A stretch of DNA of 64,000 bases from an uncultured Gammaproteobacteria bacterium (GCA_958295485.1 OY282354.1:2812042-2876041), one strand, 5' to 3'. Shown: positions 37,929-47,785, counted from the stretch's first letter. Notes: generated by a model from the sequence alone, not told the origin. Numbers and translations are program-made.

Positions 37929-38774
37929 TCAGTCATGGTGAACACCCTGATCTTCAGGCCATTGTCCTTCGACTCCTGAAAGTATTCTCTCTACTAATTC
38001 CTTGTCAGCCGGGGTATCCACGTCGATGCTGGCGCGGGCAAACGGCAACTCGACGAAATTCACCCTGACTTCAGTGTTTTTAAAAACAGAACGCCTGGCT
38101 TGATCAATACTCAATAATCCGAAGAAATATTTTACCAGCGCGCTAAAACCAAACAGTCTGACAACTATTTGCCAGGGTTTTTTACGATTCGCTTCAACCC
38201 GGCGCCAGAATGAAATAATGCCTCTGCCTCTCCTGGTGGAAACAGCATATAAATTACAGCTACAGAATTCACCATCAGAAAACCGCAGGACAGTGCGCTG
38301 CGCGCCCGGATACGTCTCTTTAACCAGGCTGTAATTTACCAGCCCGATATTGAAGTCAACGCGACTTTCATCCACTCTGTCTAAAAAACAATCAAGCGCG
38401 TCTACGTCCAACAAAGCGTGGTCTGCCGTTGTTATTAAAACAAGTGAATCAGGATCAATCTTTTCCAGGCCTGCCCGTATGCTATTACTGAGGCTTTTTT
38501 CGCCGGAGGTCCAGGTGACATTATTTTGTTTAATGAATTGTTGCAATCGAGGACAGCCATCAACGGCCGATTGAGACGGACCACATAGCACATACGAATC
38601 AATGCGTTCACATGCTTCCAGCGCATTTATTACCCGGATGATCATCGGTGTTCCCAATATCGGCGCTAATGCCTTGCATTCAGAGTTGGAAACACGCGCA
38701 ACGGCATCGTTGTCCGTCCGGTCACCGGCCAGCAATAACGCTACGATTTCCCGCCCGTTTTCTTTTTTCACCAC
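37929..38774 (-). CDS. MobA-like NTP-transferase-fold protein (NTP_transf_3-type nucleotidyltransferase)
   Basis: IVALLLAGDRTDNDAV...KALAPILGTPMI N-terminus and LITTADHALLDVDAL block resemble MobA/CofC-type guanylyl/cytidylyl-transferases. 281 aa. Confidence 0.45.
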   Translation of the reverse strand: MVKKENGREIVALLLAGDRTDNDAVARVSNSECKALAPILGTPMIIRVINALEACERIDSYVLCGPSQSAVDGCPRLQQFIKQNNVTWTSGEKSLSNSIRAGLEKIDPDSLVLITTADHALLDVDALDCFLDRVDESRVDFNIGLVNYSLVKETYPGAQRTVLRFSDGEFCSCNLYAVSTRRGRGIISFWRRVEANRKKPWQIVVRLFGFSALVKYFFGLLSIDQARRSVFKNTEVRVNFVELPFARASIDVDTPADKELVERILSGVEGQWPEDQGVHHD

Positions 38775-38856
38775 AGTTTATCTATAAAATAAACATCGTC
38801 TTAACCACGAGACTACGGGGAATATGCTTCCTGTTGCCTGTTGCCTGTTGTCTGAT

Positions 38857-39996
38857 TCATAAGTATTTTTGGTATATCCGGTAAGTTTTGTACAAGCTGC
38901 TCCCTATCCTCTCGAGGATGCTGCGCATCCCCAGGTTGTCTTCCAGAATCCATGACATCTCCACCGCTTCGACCCCCCGGGCCATGAGCGCCTCCTTGAC
39001 GCAATTTATCACTAAAAAGGCTAATGCCATTCCCAGGGGCGTGTTTTGCAATACCTTCCTGACACCCATTAACGGCACTCTTCCCGTTTTGATTTCCTGT
39101 TTTTTCAAGGCCCGAATTAACCTGAATATGCCCAGTGGCAATAATCTGCCATCCAGGCCCTTCAAAACCTCATTCAAATTGGGCAACGCCACGATAAAAG
39201 CGACCGGCGTTCCTTCATACTCCGCAATATAGACGTAATCATCCGGGACGAATAATCGTAGACTCGCTCCCAGCTCGGCGAACTCCGCCTGCGTGATGGG
39301 GGTAAACCCCCAGTTATCAGACCAGGCGTCATTGAAAATATTCCTGATAAGCTCCAATTCCTGTTTGAATTTTTTTCGATTCAGTTCTCTCAAGGTGACG
39401 GATTTTCCATACCTGTCGACCAGGGCTCGCATGACGCGGGGCGCGGTAAAATCGGTTTTGACCCAATAGGCGTACAGGTCTTTTACCGCGCAGTACCCCT
39501 GTTGTTCCAGCAATTCGCCGTACCATTCACGGTTATGGGGCATCATCAATGCTGGGGGAGTGTCAAATCCATCCACCAGCAGACCGCATTCCTGGTTGAT
39601 GGAAAAATTGAAGGGGCCTGTAACGACTTCGGTCTGTTGTTGCAGCAGCCAACCCTCGCTCTTTGCCACGAGCGCGCTGGCTACGTCATGGTTATTTTCA
39701 TACTCCAATAATCCGAAGTGACCGGATTTCACGGAATAATGGCGGCGATGCAATTCATCAACCTGGGCGCTGACCCTGCCCACAGGCTGGTTGCCCCGAT
39801 AAGCAACCCACGCTTGCCACCGGCCATGGGCAAAATAAGGATTTAAAGAGGAAAAATGCAGTCTTCGCTCCAATTTCAGCGGAGGGACCCAATTGGGATC
39901 ATCTGCATATATCTGCCAGGGCACGCGGATAAATGCCGCCAGGCGACGCCGATCGCTGACAGGCAAGACCCGTATGCTGCCAGAAGTAGCCGCCAA
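38857..39996 (-). CDS. GNAT-fold acyltransferase-like protein (FemAB/BioF2-like); candidate bacterial ceramide synthase
   Basis: 379-aa soluble protein with an acetyltransferase-like C-terminal half (...VAFIVALPNLNEV...). It is divergently adjacent to the spt/acp/acyl-ACP-synthetase/reductase set. The function is inferred from context only. Confidence 0.4.
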   Translation of the reverse strand: MAATSGSIRVLPVSDRRRLAAFIRVPWQIYADDPNWVPPLKLERRLHFSSLNPYFAHGRWQAWVAYRGNQPVGRVSAQVDELHRRHYSVKSGHFGLLEYENNHDVASALVAKSEGWLLQQQTEVVTGPFNFSINQECGLLVDGFDTPPALMMPHNREWYGELLEQQGYCAVKDLYAYWVKTDFTAPRVMRALVDRYGKSVTLRELNRKKFKQELELIRNIFNDAWSDNWGFTPITQAEFAELGASLRLFVPDDYVYIAEYEGTPVAFIVALPNLNEVLKGLDGRLLPLGIFRLIRALKKQEIKTGRVPLMGVRKVLQNTPLGMALAFLVINCVKEALMARGVEAVEMSWILEDNLGMRSILERIGSSLYKTYRIYQKYL

Positions 39997-40166
39997 CGCT
40001 TCCCCCCTTTATAATCCTTGCCGCGCCATTACCGCGGGCTGATAGCCCGCTTCACTAAAGAAAAGCAAGAATTCTTCTCAACTTTGAAGCACAACTGATT
40101 AAATTAACTGGAAAAATCATTTTAGTAGTGTAAACTGCGCCTATTTTTACCATAATAATCAGCGGA

Positions 40167-40619
40167 ATGACAGAAGATATTAGCATCCCGAATAAGACGA
40201 TGCTGAAATTCGGGGCGCCGGAGACCAGTATTCACTCCTATTCCTCCTGGTTGGTGTTACTGCGTCCGGTCCAAGTAACGTTGGGCGCCCTTGTACTGGT
40301 CGCCCGTGAGCCAGTGACTGCATTTTCACAGCTCAGCCCGGCTGGTTTTACTGAACTTGCCAAAGTCACGCATGACGTTGAGACAGTATTATCTCATCTC
40401 TTTCACTATGATAAACTGAACTACCTGATGCTGATGATGATTGACCCTGACGTCCATTTTCATGTGATACCCCGTTACGCAAAAAATCAGCAGTATGCCG
40501 CCCGGGATTTTTTCGATTTTGCCTGGCCCGGGCCACCAGATCTGGGACAAAATAATAAGGTCGATGATGAAATTTTTAATCATCTGCGGGATGAATTGAA
40601 GGCCAACTGGCCGGCTTGA
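40167..40619 (+). CDS. HIT-family (histidine triad) nucleotide-binding protein
   Basis: HFHVIPR histidine-triad motif. 150 aa. Confidence 0.65.
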   Translation: MTEDISIPNKTMLKFGAPETSIHSYSSWLVLLRPVQVTLGALVLVAREPVTAFSQLSPAGFTELAKVTHDVETVLSHLFHYDKLNYLMLMMIDPDVHFHVIPRYAKNQQYAARDFFDFAWPGPPDLGQNNKVDDEIFNHLRDELKANWPA

Positions 40620-40860
40620 GTGTGATAAGTAATGGATATAAAAGGATGCACGTTTTTACAAGGTGGTGTAATATTCCGTGTTGTGCTTCTTGGGAGGAGG
40701 GGTATGATAAATGGTTTTTTTATAGCAACTATTCATTTCTTTAACAGAACAGCTTAAGAGTTTTTTGCTTTTGCATGGATATTTGATATATTGTGATATG
40801 ATAGAAAATAAATCTATCGCCGTTAACGGACGTAAAAAATAAGACAGAGGTTTATCAGCC

Positions 40861-42612
40861 GTGAACCGAAAAGCAACGACCACTGCTAATGTACTAGCGC
40901 AAAATTTAGCGGGTTTTCCCAGTTTGTCTGAGGCGTTGGACTACGCAGCCGCCGGTGTTACCGGATGTAATTTTTATGATGCAAGGGGAAAACTCTCTGT
41001 AGTTTTACCTTATAGTGAGCTACAGCAACAAGCGAAAATTACCGCCCGGCGTCTCTTACAACTCAATTTAAAACGCGGTGATCATGTTGCCCTGGTCGCC
41101 GATACCCATCCTGATTTCATTGTCCTGTTCTTTGCCTGCCAGTACATCGGTCTTGTGCCATTCGCAATGCCAATACCATTGAATTTGGGCAGCCACGCCG
41201 TTTATGTTCAACAACTCCGCGGCTTGCTGACCGGTGGCAATGCAAAGGTGGCTATAGCCCCCAAAGAATTCATCGGTTTTTTAGAAGAAGCGACGGTTGA
41301 TGATAAAACCCTCGAGTGGGTTGGAACACCGGAGCAATTAGCGACCATTCCCCCATTAGACCATCCCCTTAGTCCAAGCAAACCCAACGAACCTGCGTAC
41401 CTGCAATTTACCTCGGGCAGCACCAGGTTCCCTCAAGGAGTCGTTATTACCGGTAAAGCGGTAATGAGTAACCTGCAAGGAATAGTGAGAACCGGTTTAA
41501 AGGTCCACCATGGTGACCGTTGCGCGTCCTGGTTGCCGTTTTACCATGACATGGGGTTGGTCGGATTTGTCCTGGGTCCAATCGTATCCCAGTTATCAGT
41601 GGATTATTTACGTACCCGTGATTTTGCAATCCGTCCCCTGCAGTGGTTACACCTAATCAGCCGTAACCGCTGTACCATCGCATTTGCGCCACCCTTCGGC
41701 TATGAGCTTTGCACCCGCCGAATTCGTAAAGCGGATCTGCAAAAATTGAACCTGGCCAGTTGGCGCATTGCCGGCATCGGCGCCGAGATGCTTCGCTCCA
41801 GCACCTTTGATAATTTTGCGGCAAAGATGACTGAAACAGGTTTTGACTCCAAGGCTTTTTTACCTTGCTATGGACTTGCCGAAGCTTCGCTTGCAGCTAC
41901 GTTTTCGGAACTGGATCGCGGTCTGAACGTAATGTCTATCGACGCGCTGACCATGGCCGAGCGAGGCACTGCTGTGCGGGTTAAATCGGATCACAGAAAA
42001 GTGAATGAAATCGTAAATTGCGGCCGCGCCATTCCTGATCATGACATCAAGATCGTCGATAACAAAGGAAGCTCCCTGCCTGATCTGCGAGTCGGCAGGA
42101 TCCTGATAAAAGGGCCCAGCCTGATGAGCGGCTATTTAAACGATCAACAATCAACCGACCGGGTTTTATTGGATGACGACTGGCTGGACACTGGCGACCT
42201 GGGTTATTTATTCGAGCATAACCTTTATTTAACCGGGCGGCGTAAAGACATCATCATTGTAAACGGCAGAAATATTCGCGCCCAGGATCTCGAAGAGATC
42301 GCAGAAGACCTGGACGAGGTAAGAATGGGTGAGGCCTCCGCGTTCGACACTGAAGATACCGATGGAAGGCAAACTGTCGTATTAGTGGTTGAATGTCGTC
42401 TTACAGACAGCACGACCAGACAATCATTAATTAAACGCCTGCAAAGAAAAGTTTACGAAGGCTTTGGAATTTATTGCTATGTGGATTTGGTAGTGCCGCA
42501 TACGCTGCCACGCACCTCCTCAGGGAAACTATCCCGTGTCGCCGCGCGTAAAGGGTTCATGGAAAGAGTAGACCTGAAGCAGACCGATTCAGGGCAGCTG
42601 GAAACCGGATAA
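40861..42612 (+). CDS. fatty acyl-AMP ligase-type adenylating enzyme (acyl-ACP synthetase candidate)
   Basis: FTSGSTRFPQGV (AMP-binding core A3) and GDLGYL...GRRKDIIIVNGRNI, SSGKLSR (A8/A10) motifs. GTG start. 583 aa. An ACP gene lies two genes downstream. Confidence 0.8.
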   Translation: MNRKATTTANVLAQNLAGFPSLSEALDYAAAGVTGCNFYDARGKLSVVLPYSELQQQAKITARRLLQLNLKRGDHVALVADTHPDFIVLFFACQYIGLVPFAMPIPLNLGSHAVYVQQLRGLLTGGNAKVAIAPKEFIGFLEEATVDDKTLEWVGTPEQLATIPPLDHPLSPSKPNEPAYLQFTSGSTRFPQGVVITGKAVMSNLQGIVRTGLKVHHGDRCASWLPFYHDMGLVGFVLGPIVSQLSVDYLRTRDFAIRPLQWLHLISRNRCTIAFAPPFGYELCTRRIRKADLQKLNLASWRIAGIGAEMLRSSTFDNFAAKMTETGFDSKAFLPCYGLAEASLAATFSELDRGLNVMSIDALTMAERGTAVRVKSDHRKVNEIVNCGRAIPDHDIKIVDNKGSSLPDLRVGRILIKGPSLMSGYLNDQQSTDRVLLDDDWLDTGDLGYLFEHNLYLTGRRKDIIIVNGRNIRAQDLEEIAEDLDEVRMGEASAFDTEDTDGRQTVVLVVECRLTDSTTRQSLIKRLQRKVYEGFGIYCYVDLVVPHTLPRTSSGKLSRVAARKGFMERVDLKQTDSGQLETG

Positions 42613-42621
42613 CGGGTTAAA

Positions 42622-43542
42622 ATGTCGAAGCAGGTGGCGCTGACAGGAGCCACAGGCTTCATTGGAAGGAACCTGCTCACTTCACTGGTTAAATCAAGGG
42701 TCCCGACGCGGGCGTTAACGCGCCGGCAACAAACCGGGTCTGAATTGTCCGGGCTTGTTCATTGGATCAACGGCGATTTAAACAATCATTCCGCATTAAA
42801 TGAATTAGTCGAAGGCTGCGCTTCCGTAATACATTGCGCCGGCGTCGTCAGGGGAAATTCACTGGAAGATTTTTTGGAAGTCAACCTCAAGGGAACTGAA
42901 AATCTTCTTAATGAAATCTGCAAAAAGGCATATAAACCAAAATTCCTCCTGATCTCATCGCTCGCCGCGCGCTACCCTGATTATTCCTGGTATGCCCAGA
43001 GTAAATCACTGGCGGAAACATTGCTGCTGTCGGAGAAGCATTCCGGGTTGCCCCGGACGGTCTACCGCCCAACCGCGGTTTACGGTCCCGGCGATAAGGA
43101 AATGCGTCCCTTATTCAGCGCCATGCGTCATGGTTTCTTGTTGGCGCCGAAAGTAGCTGACTCAAGGATCAGCCTGCTCCACATTGATGACTTGGTGAAT
43201 GCCGTCTTAAAATGGTTAACGGCAAAAAATACCGGGGGCATATTTGAGTTGGACGACGGTACTGAAGATGGTTACCAATGGAAAGACATCGTGGCCATTG
43301 GACAGGACACCTGGAATAATTCGATAAAACAGGTCCGGGTTCCAATTCCATTATTAAACACTTTCGCCCATATTAATCTCCTGCTGGCCAGGATTTTTCG
43401 GTATCCGGCCATGCTGACTCCGGGTAAAATCAATGAGATTACCCATAAGGATTGGGTATGCGATAATGCTCCCTTGACAACCTGTCTGGGATGGGAACCA
43501 AAAATAAATTTAATCGATGCGATTAATGGGGCTTCAATTTAA
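42622..43542 (+). CDS. NAD(P)-dependent epimerase/dehydratase-family reductase (ceramide/3-ketosphinganine reductase candidate)
   Basis: ALTGATGFIGRNL Rossmann motif and YAQSK catalytic YxxxK. 306 aa. Confidence 0.7.
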   Translation: MSKQVALTGATGFIGRNLLTSLVKSRVPTRALTRRQQTGSELSGLVHWINGDLNNHSALNELVEGCASVIHCAGVVRGNSLEDFLEVNLKGTENLLNEICKKAYKPKFLLISSLAARYPDYSWYAQSKSLAETLLLSEKHSGLPRTVYRPTAVYGPGDKEMRPLFSAMRHGFLLAPKVADSRISLLHIDDLVNAVLKWLTAKNTGGIFELDDGTEDGYQWKDIVAIGQDTWNNSIKQVRVPIPLLNTFAHINLLLARIFRYPAMLTPGKINEITHKDWVCDNAPLTTCLGWEPKINLIDAINGASI

Positions 43543-43628
43543 TCCATTTAGAGGCAGCCCTCGCGCCGGCCCTGGACAGGGCCGGCGCATACCAAGGTCG
43601 GGGATGATTTAAATTCGGGGAATGACCT

Positions 43629-43883
43629 ATGCCTTCAAGTTATGAAGAAATATCGACAAAGATCACGAGTGAGCTATCCGGCCTCGTTCCGCCGGGCGTC
43701 AGATTAAGCGATGATTCCGAACTGGCTACGGAGCTCGGGCTGGATTCATTCAAGGTCCTGGACCTGTTGCTGGACATCGAAGATGAGTTCGACATAACCA
43801 TGCCCGTGAATCTCCTCGCAGACGTTCACACCGTTAAAGACCTGGTGGATAAGATCCACGAAGTAGTCAATTCTTCCCCATGA
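43629..43883 (+). CDS. acyl carrier protein
   Basis: 84 aa with an ELGLDSFKVLDLL phosphopantetheine-attachment-like DS motif and the acidic helix-II pattern. Confidence 0.8.
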   Translation: MPSSYEEISTKITSELSGLVPPGVRLSDDSELATELGLDSFKVLDLLLDIEDEFDITMPVNLLADVHTVKDLVDKIHEVVNSSP

Positions 43884-43890
43884 GCGCCCC

Positions 43891-45084
43891 ATGAGCCTGT
43901 TCGCCAAATTTCAACCCCTGGCGCAAGACCGGGAAGCCCTGCTTTCACAGGGCGTCGACCCCTTCGGGGCGCCCATCGAAGAAATCTACTCGCCCACGGA
44001 GGCCAGGATAAACGGGAAGAAGACGATTCTTGCCGGCACCAACAATTACCTGGGACTTACTTTCGATAAAAAGTGCCTCGATGCAGCCCATGCGGCGATT
44101 GATGAACAAGGCACGGGAACAACGGGCTCAAGGATGGCGAACGGCAGTTTCTCGGGGCACCGGGCGCTGGAAAAAGAAATAGCCACCTTTTATACCTGTG
44201 AAAAAGCCATTGTATTTACCACCGGTTACCAGGCAAACCTGGCCGTGATCTCCGGCTTGGCCAATAATGAAGATGTTATCCTTATCGACGCCGACAGCCA
44301 TGCCAGTATTTATGACGGCTGCCAGCTGAGCGGGGCAGACATAGTCCGGTTTCGCCACAATAATCCCGATGATTTACACAAACGACTGGAACGACTGGGG
44401 GAGCGCGCGGCAAACGCCCTGATCATCATCGAAGGTATTTACAGCATGTTGGGGGACAGGGCCCGGATCCGGGAAATCATCGAAGTCAAAAAATCCTTTG
44501 GCGCATTTTTATTAGTTGACGAAGCGCACTCACTGGGGGTGCTGGGGGAAAAAGGCAGGGGGCTGGTTGAAGAAGCCGGCGTTATCGGCGAGGCGGATTT
44601 CATTGTCGGCACCTTCAGTAAAAGCCTGGCAAGCACCGGGGGATACTGTGTCAGCAATCACCCGCAGCTTGATTTCATCCGCTATGCCAGCAGGCCCTAC
44701 GTTTTTACGGCGTCATCTCCTCCCTCAGTGATAGCGTCCACGCGGGAAGCCTTGAGGAGGATAGAGAAGGGCGGCGACCTTCGCGCAACGCTTTGGAAAC
44801 ATACCAATCGCCTGTACAAACACCTGCAGGATTCAGGCTATGAACTGGGTCCTGAACCCTGCCCGGTGATCGCGGCGCTCCTGCACACCCGCGAGCAGGC
44901 GCTGAGGTTATGGCGCGGCCTTTACGAACATGGAATATACGTGAATTTGATCTTCCCTCCTGCAACGCCGGGCGGCAAGTCGCTCGTGCGCATCAGCGTC
45001 AGCGCCGCGCACACCGCTGAGCAAATCGAAAAAATATGCCATGCCTTCACCACCTTAGCCGAAACGGCGTCAGCTTCTGATTGA
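43891..45084 (+). CDS. spt: serine palmitoyltransferase (alpha-oxoamine synthase family)
   Basis: Block-for-block similarity to recalled Sphingomonas paucimobilis SPT: GTNNYLGL, GSRMANGSF, DSHASIYDGCQ, DIVRFRHNN, EGIYSMLGD, LVDEAHSLG, VGTFSKS (PLP lysine), YVFTASSPPSV and GIYVNLIFPPATP. Confidence 0.85.
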   Translation: MSLFAKFQPLAQDREALLSQGVDPFGAPIEEIYSPTEARINGKKTILAGTNNYLGLTFDKKCLDAAHAAIDEQGTGTTGSRMANGSFSGHRALEKEIATFYTCEKAIVFTTGYQANLAVISGLANNEDVILIDADSHASIYDGCQLSGADIVRFRHNNPDDLHKRLERLGERAANALIIIEGIYSMLGDRARIREIIEVKKSFGAFLLVDEAHSLGVLGEKGRGLVEEAGVIGEADFIVGTFSKSLASTGGYCVSNHPQLDFIRYASRPYVFTASSPPSVIASTREALRRIEKGGDLRATLWKHTNRLYKHLQDSGYELGPEPCPVIAALLHTREQALRLWRGLYEHGIYVNLIFPPATPGGKSLVRISVSAAHTAEQIEKICHAFTTLAETASASD

Positions 45085-45135
45085 AAAGGGTTGGGTGAGA
45101 GCTGCGGGTTATAACCCGTCTTGAAATAAAGCGCC

Positions 45136-46476
45136 ATGCCGGTAACGCCTGAAAGTACAGACAGGTTCGAAGCAGCGGTGGATGACGGCCTGTTCCGTCG
45201 TGTTTTTAAAAATTCCGCCATGTTGACCGGTGGAAAAATATACACGGCCCTGGTGGGACTGATCTACCTGGCGCTGGCCACCCGGTCCCTGGGCGCGCAT
45301 GACTTCGGCGTGCTTATCCTCATCCATGCTTACGTCGTCGCAATCCGGGATTTTACGACGCTGAAAACGGCGCAGTGCGTCGTCAGATATGGCGCTATTT
45401 GCCTGGAAAGCAACGATAAGGCAGGTTTTCAAAAGCTGGTCAAATTCACCACGCTGCTGGATTTCGGCTTTTGTCTTGCGGGAACATTATTGGGCATGTT
45501 GGCCGTTGCCGTAGTCGGGCCGTGGTTCAGCATAACGCCGGAATTGATGCCCATGGCGACAATTTATTGCTGCGCCATCCTGTTCAGCTTCAAGTCAACC
45601 CCCCTGGGATTACTGCGTCTGTTCAACCGTTTCGACCTCGTCGCAATCATGCTCATGGTCGTTCCGTCAATCCGCCTGATCGGCGCCTGCGCGGCATTCA
45701 TGTTTTACCGGGACATCGTCTCATTTCTTTTCGTCTGGTTTATCGCCGGCGCCTGTAACTGTCTCGCCACCGTTTATTTCGGCTGGCGCGAATTCAGGCG
45801 GCAGGGCTTCGTTGAAGGAATGGATTATCGGCTCGATCAACTGACGCGCCCCCATGAAAACATATGGTCTTTTGTCTGGACCTCGAACATTCACAGGACG
45901 CTGGTTACTTCCCAGGTGCACTTCTCGACCCTCGCCGTCGGTTTTTTACTAGGCCCGGTCGGGGCCGGTCTTTTCAAGGTCGCCCAGGAGTCTGCGTCCA
46001 TATTAATCAAACCCGCGCAGTTATTTAATGAAACGATCTACCCGGAAATGGCCAAAATCGCCACCGGCGGGCGTGGCCGTCAACTCTGGAAAGTAATCAC
46101 CCACTCGGCCATGGTTGCCGGGGCTATAGCCGGCGTCATTTTTCTGGTCGTGTTCGTCTTCGGCAAACCTTTGTTGAACCTGATCTTCGGCGCCGAGTTC
46201 ATCGGTTCCTATAACGTATTGATCCTGCTCATGATCGCGGCGGTAATCACCATGGCCACGTTTGCCCTGGACCCGGCCATGTACGCCATAGGCAGGCCCG
46301 CCATAGCCATGAACATCAGGATACTCACGTCACTCCTCCATGTAGGGGTAATGATAATGCTACTGATGGAAATCGGATTGATCGGAGCGGGCATTGCCGG
46401 CATCATCAGCAGCTTTACAACGGCCTTCTTGTTGCTGTTTTATGCCAACCGCCTGATAAAAAACAAGTCCTCCTGA
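45136..46476 (+). CDS. MOP-superfamily (Wzx/polysaccharide-biosynthesis-protein-type) flippase
   Basis: 446 aa, about 12-14 TM, with an N-terminal ...MLTGGKIYTALVGLIYLALATRSLG typical of PST-family exporters. Confidence 0.6.
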   Translation: MPVTPESTDRFEAAVDDGLFRRVFKNSAMLTGGKIYTALVGLIYLALATRSLGAHDFGVLILIHAYVVAIRDFTTLKTAQCVVRYGAICLESNDKAGFQKLVKFTTLLDFGFCLAGTLLGMLAVAVVGPWFSITPELMPMATIYCCAILFSFKSTPLGLLRLFNRFDLVAIMLMVVPSIRLIGACAAFMFYRDIVSFLFVWFIAGACNCLATVYFGWREFRRQGFVEGMDYRLDQLTRPHENIWSFVWTSNIHRTLVTSQVHFSTLAVGFLLGPVGAGLFKVAQESASILIKPAQLFNETIYPEMAKIATGGRGRQLWKVITHSAMVAGAIAGVIFLVVFVFGKPLLNLIFGAEFIGSYNVLILLMIAAVITMATFALDPAMYAIGRPAIAMNIRILTSLLHVGVMIMLLMEIGLIGAGIAGIISSFTTAFLLLFYANRLIKNKSS

Positions 46477-46524
46477 CAAGGGGGATTCGCGCCGGGGTCG
46501 AGGGGGTTGTCGCGGCGCCCCCTT

Positions 46525-47562
46525 TTATCCTCCCTTGTCAGGGGAGAAATTGCGCAAGCTGTCCGTTATCTGGGCCATAACGGATATGGCTATTTCAGCT
46601 GGTGACTGGGCGCCGATATCGAGACCAATCGGCGCATCGAGGCGGGCGATCTCAGCCTGTTTGAATCCGGCCCGCTCCAATCGTTTTACCCTTGCGGCCT
46701 GGGTTTTCCTGCTGCCCAACGCGCCGATATAAAATGCCTGGGACCGCAGGGCAACGTTCAGGGCCGGGTCGTCCAATTTCGGATCATGGGTCAATGTAGT
46801 TATCGCCGTTCGGCTGTCTATGCCCAAATTCGTCAAAGCGACATCGGGCCAATCCCTGTTGATTGTCACGCCGGGAAAGCGCTCCTCACTGGCGAACGCC
46901 TGTCTCGGATCAACCATGATGACTTCATAGCCACAGGACAGGGCGCTGGCCGCCAGGTATTGACCTATATGCACGGCGCCGATGATGATCAACCTTAACG
47001 GCGGGTTAAACGGCTGTATGAAATAATCCTGTCCCTGAAATTGTCGATGGAAACACCGGTCATTCGTCAAGGCGTTCACGGCACAGTCATGCAGTTCGGC
47101 GTCCTGGGCGGTTACATGAAGGCCGGGATTCATCACGTAGCTATCATGGGTATCCAGATTTCTTATCAATACGCATGGTTTGTTTTCCCCAAGATAACCG
47201 TTTATTTGCTCCAATAACGCTCTTCGCGGGAGCTGGTCCGGCTCAATCGACTCAACGTAGACTTTGATCTGCCCGCCGCAGGCCAAGCCGACTTCCCAGG
47301 CCATATCGTTGGTGACGCCAAATTCCAGCATACGCGGTTGTCTGGTCTTTATCACGTCAAGCGCTTCACTGATGACCGCGGTTTCGACGCAACCCCCGGA
47401 AACGGAACCTTCAAAGTGGGACCCTGTGTCCACCACCAACTGACTCCCCCTTGGACACGGCGCCGACCCCCAGGTTTCGACCACGGTGGCAAGGGCGATA
47501 TTGCGGCCTTCTTCAAGCCAGCGATTCGCCGTCGTAATGATGTCTTCTGTTGCCATGCTCAC
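46525..47562 (-). CDS. XdhC/CoxI-family molybdoenzyme maturation protein
   Basis: The GSVSGGC...E block and the second Rossmann-like half (IIIGAVHIGQ) are typical of XdhC. Confidence 0.7.
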   Translation of the reverse strand: MSMATEDIITTANRWLEEGRNIALATVVETWGSAPCPRGSQLVVDTGSHFEGSVSGGCVETAVISEALDVIKTRQPRMLEFGVTNDMAWEVGLACGGQIKVYVESIEPDQLPRRALLEQINGYLGENKPCVLIRNLDTHDSYVMNPGLHVTAQDAELHDCAVNALTNDRCFHRQFQGQDYFIQPFNPPLRLIIIGAVHIGQYLAASALSCGYEVIMVDPRQAFASEERFPGVTINRDWPDVALTNLGIDSRTAITTLTHDPKLDDPALNVALRSQAFYIGALGSRKTQAARVKRLERAGFKQAEIARLDAPIGLDIGAQSPAEIAISVMAQITDSLRNFSPDKGG

Positions 47563-47785
47563 TTTTCCACTATAACGTTATTGCAGGGACTGGTTTCAAA
47601 CCCGTCCCTGCTGGAAGGAGGACGTCGTAAAAGCCCCGGCGGCGCCACCGACGCTGACCCACTGGGACAAGCTCCGTGGTTGCCCCTGCGGGATTAATGT
47701 CTCCGGTCATTTCGGAGACAGTTTACTTAATTCTTCGTAATTAAGTAAACTGTCCCCCCCAATTGGAATTATTCAAGGGTATAAC

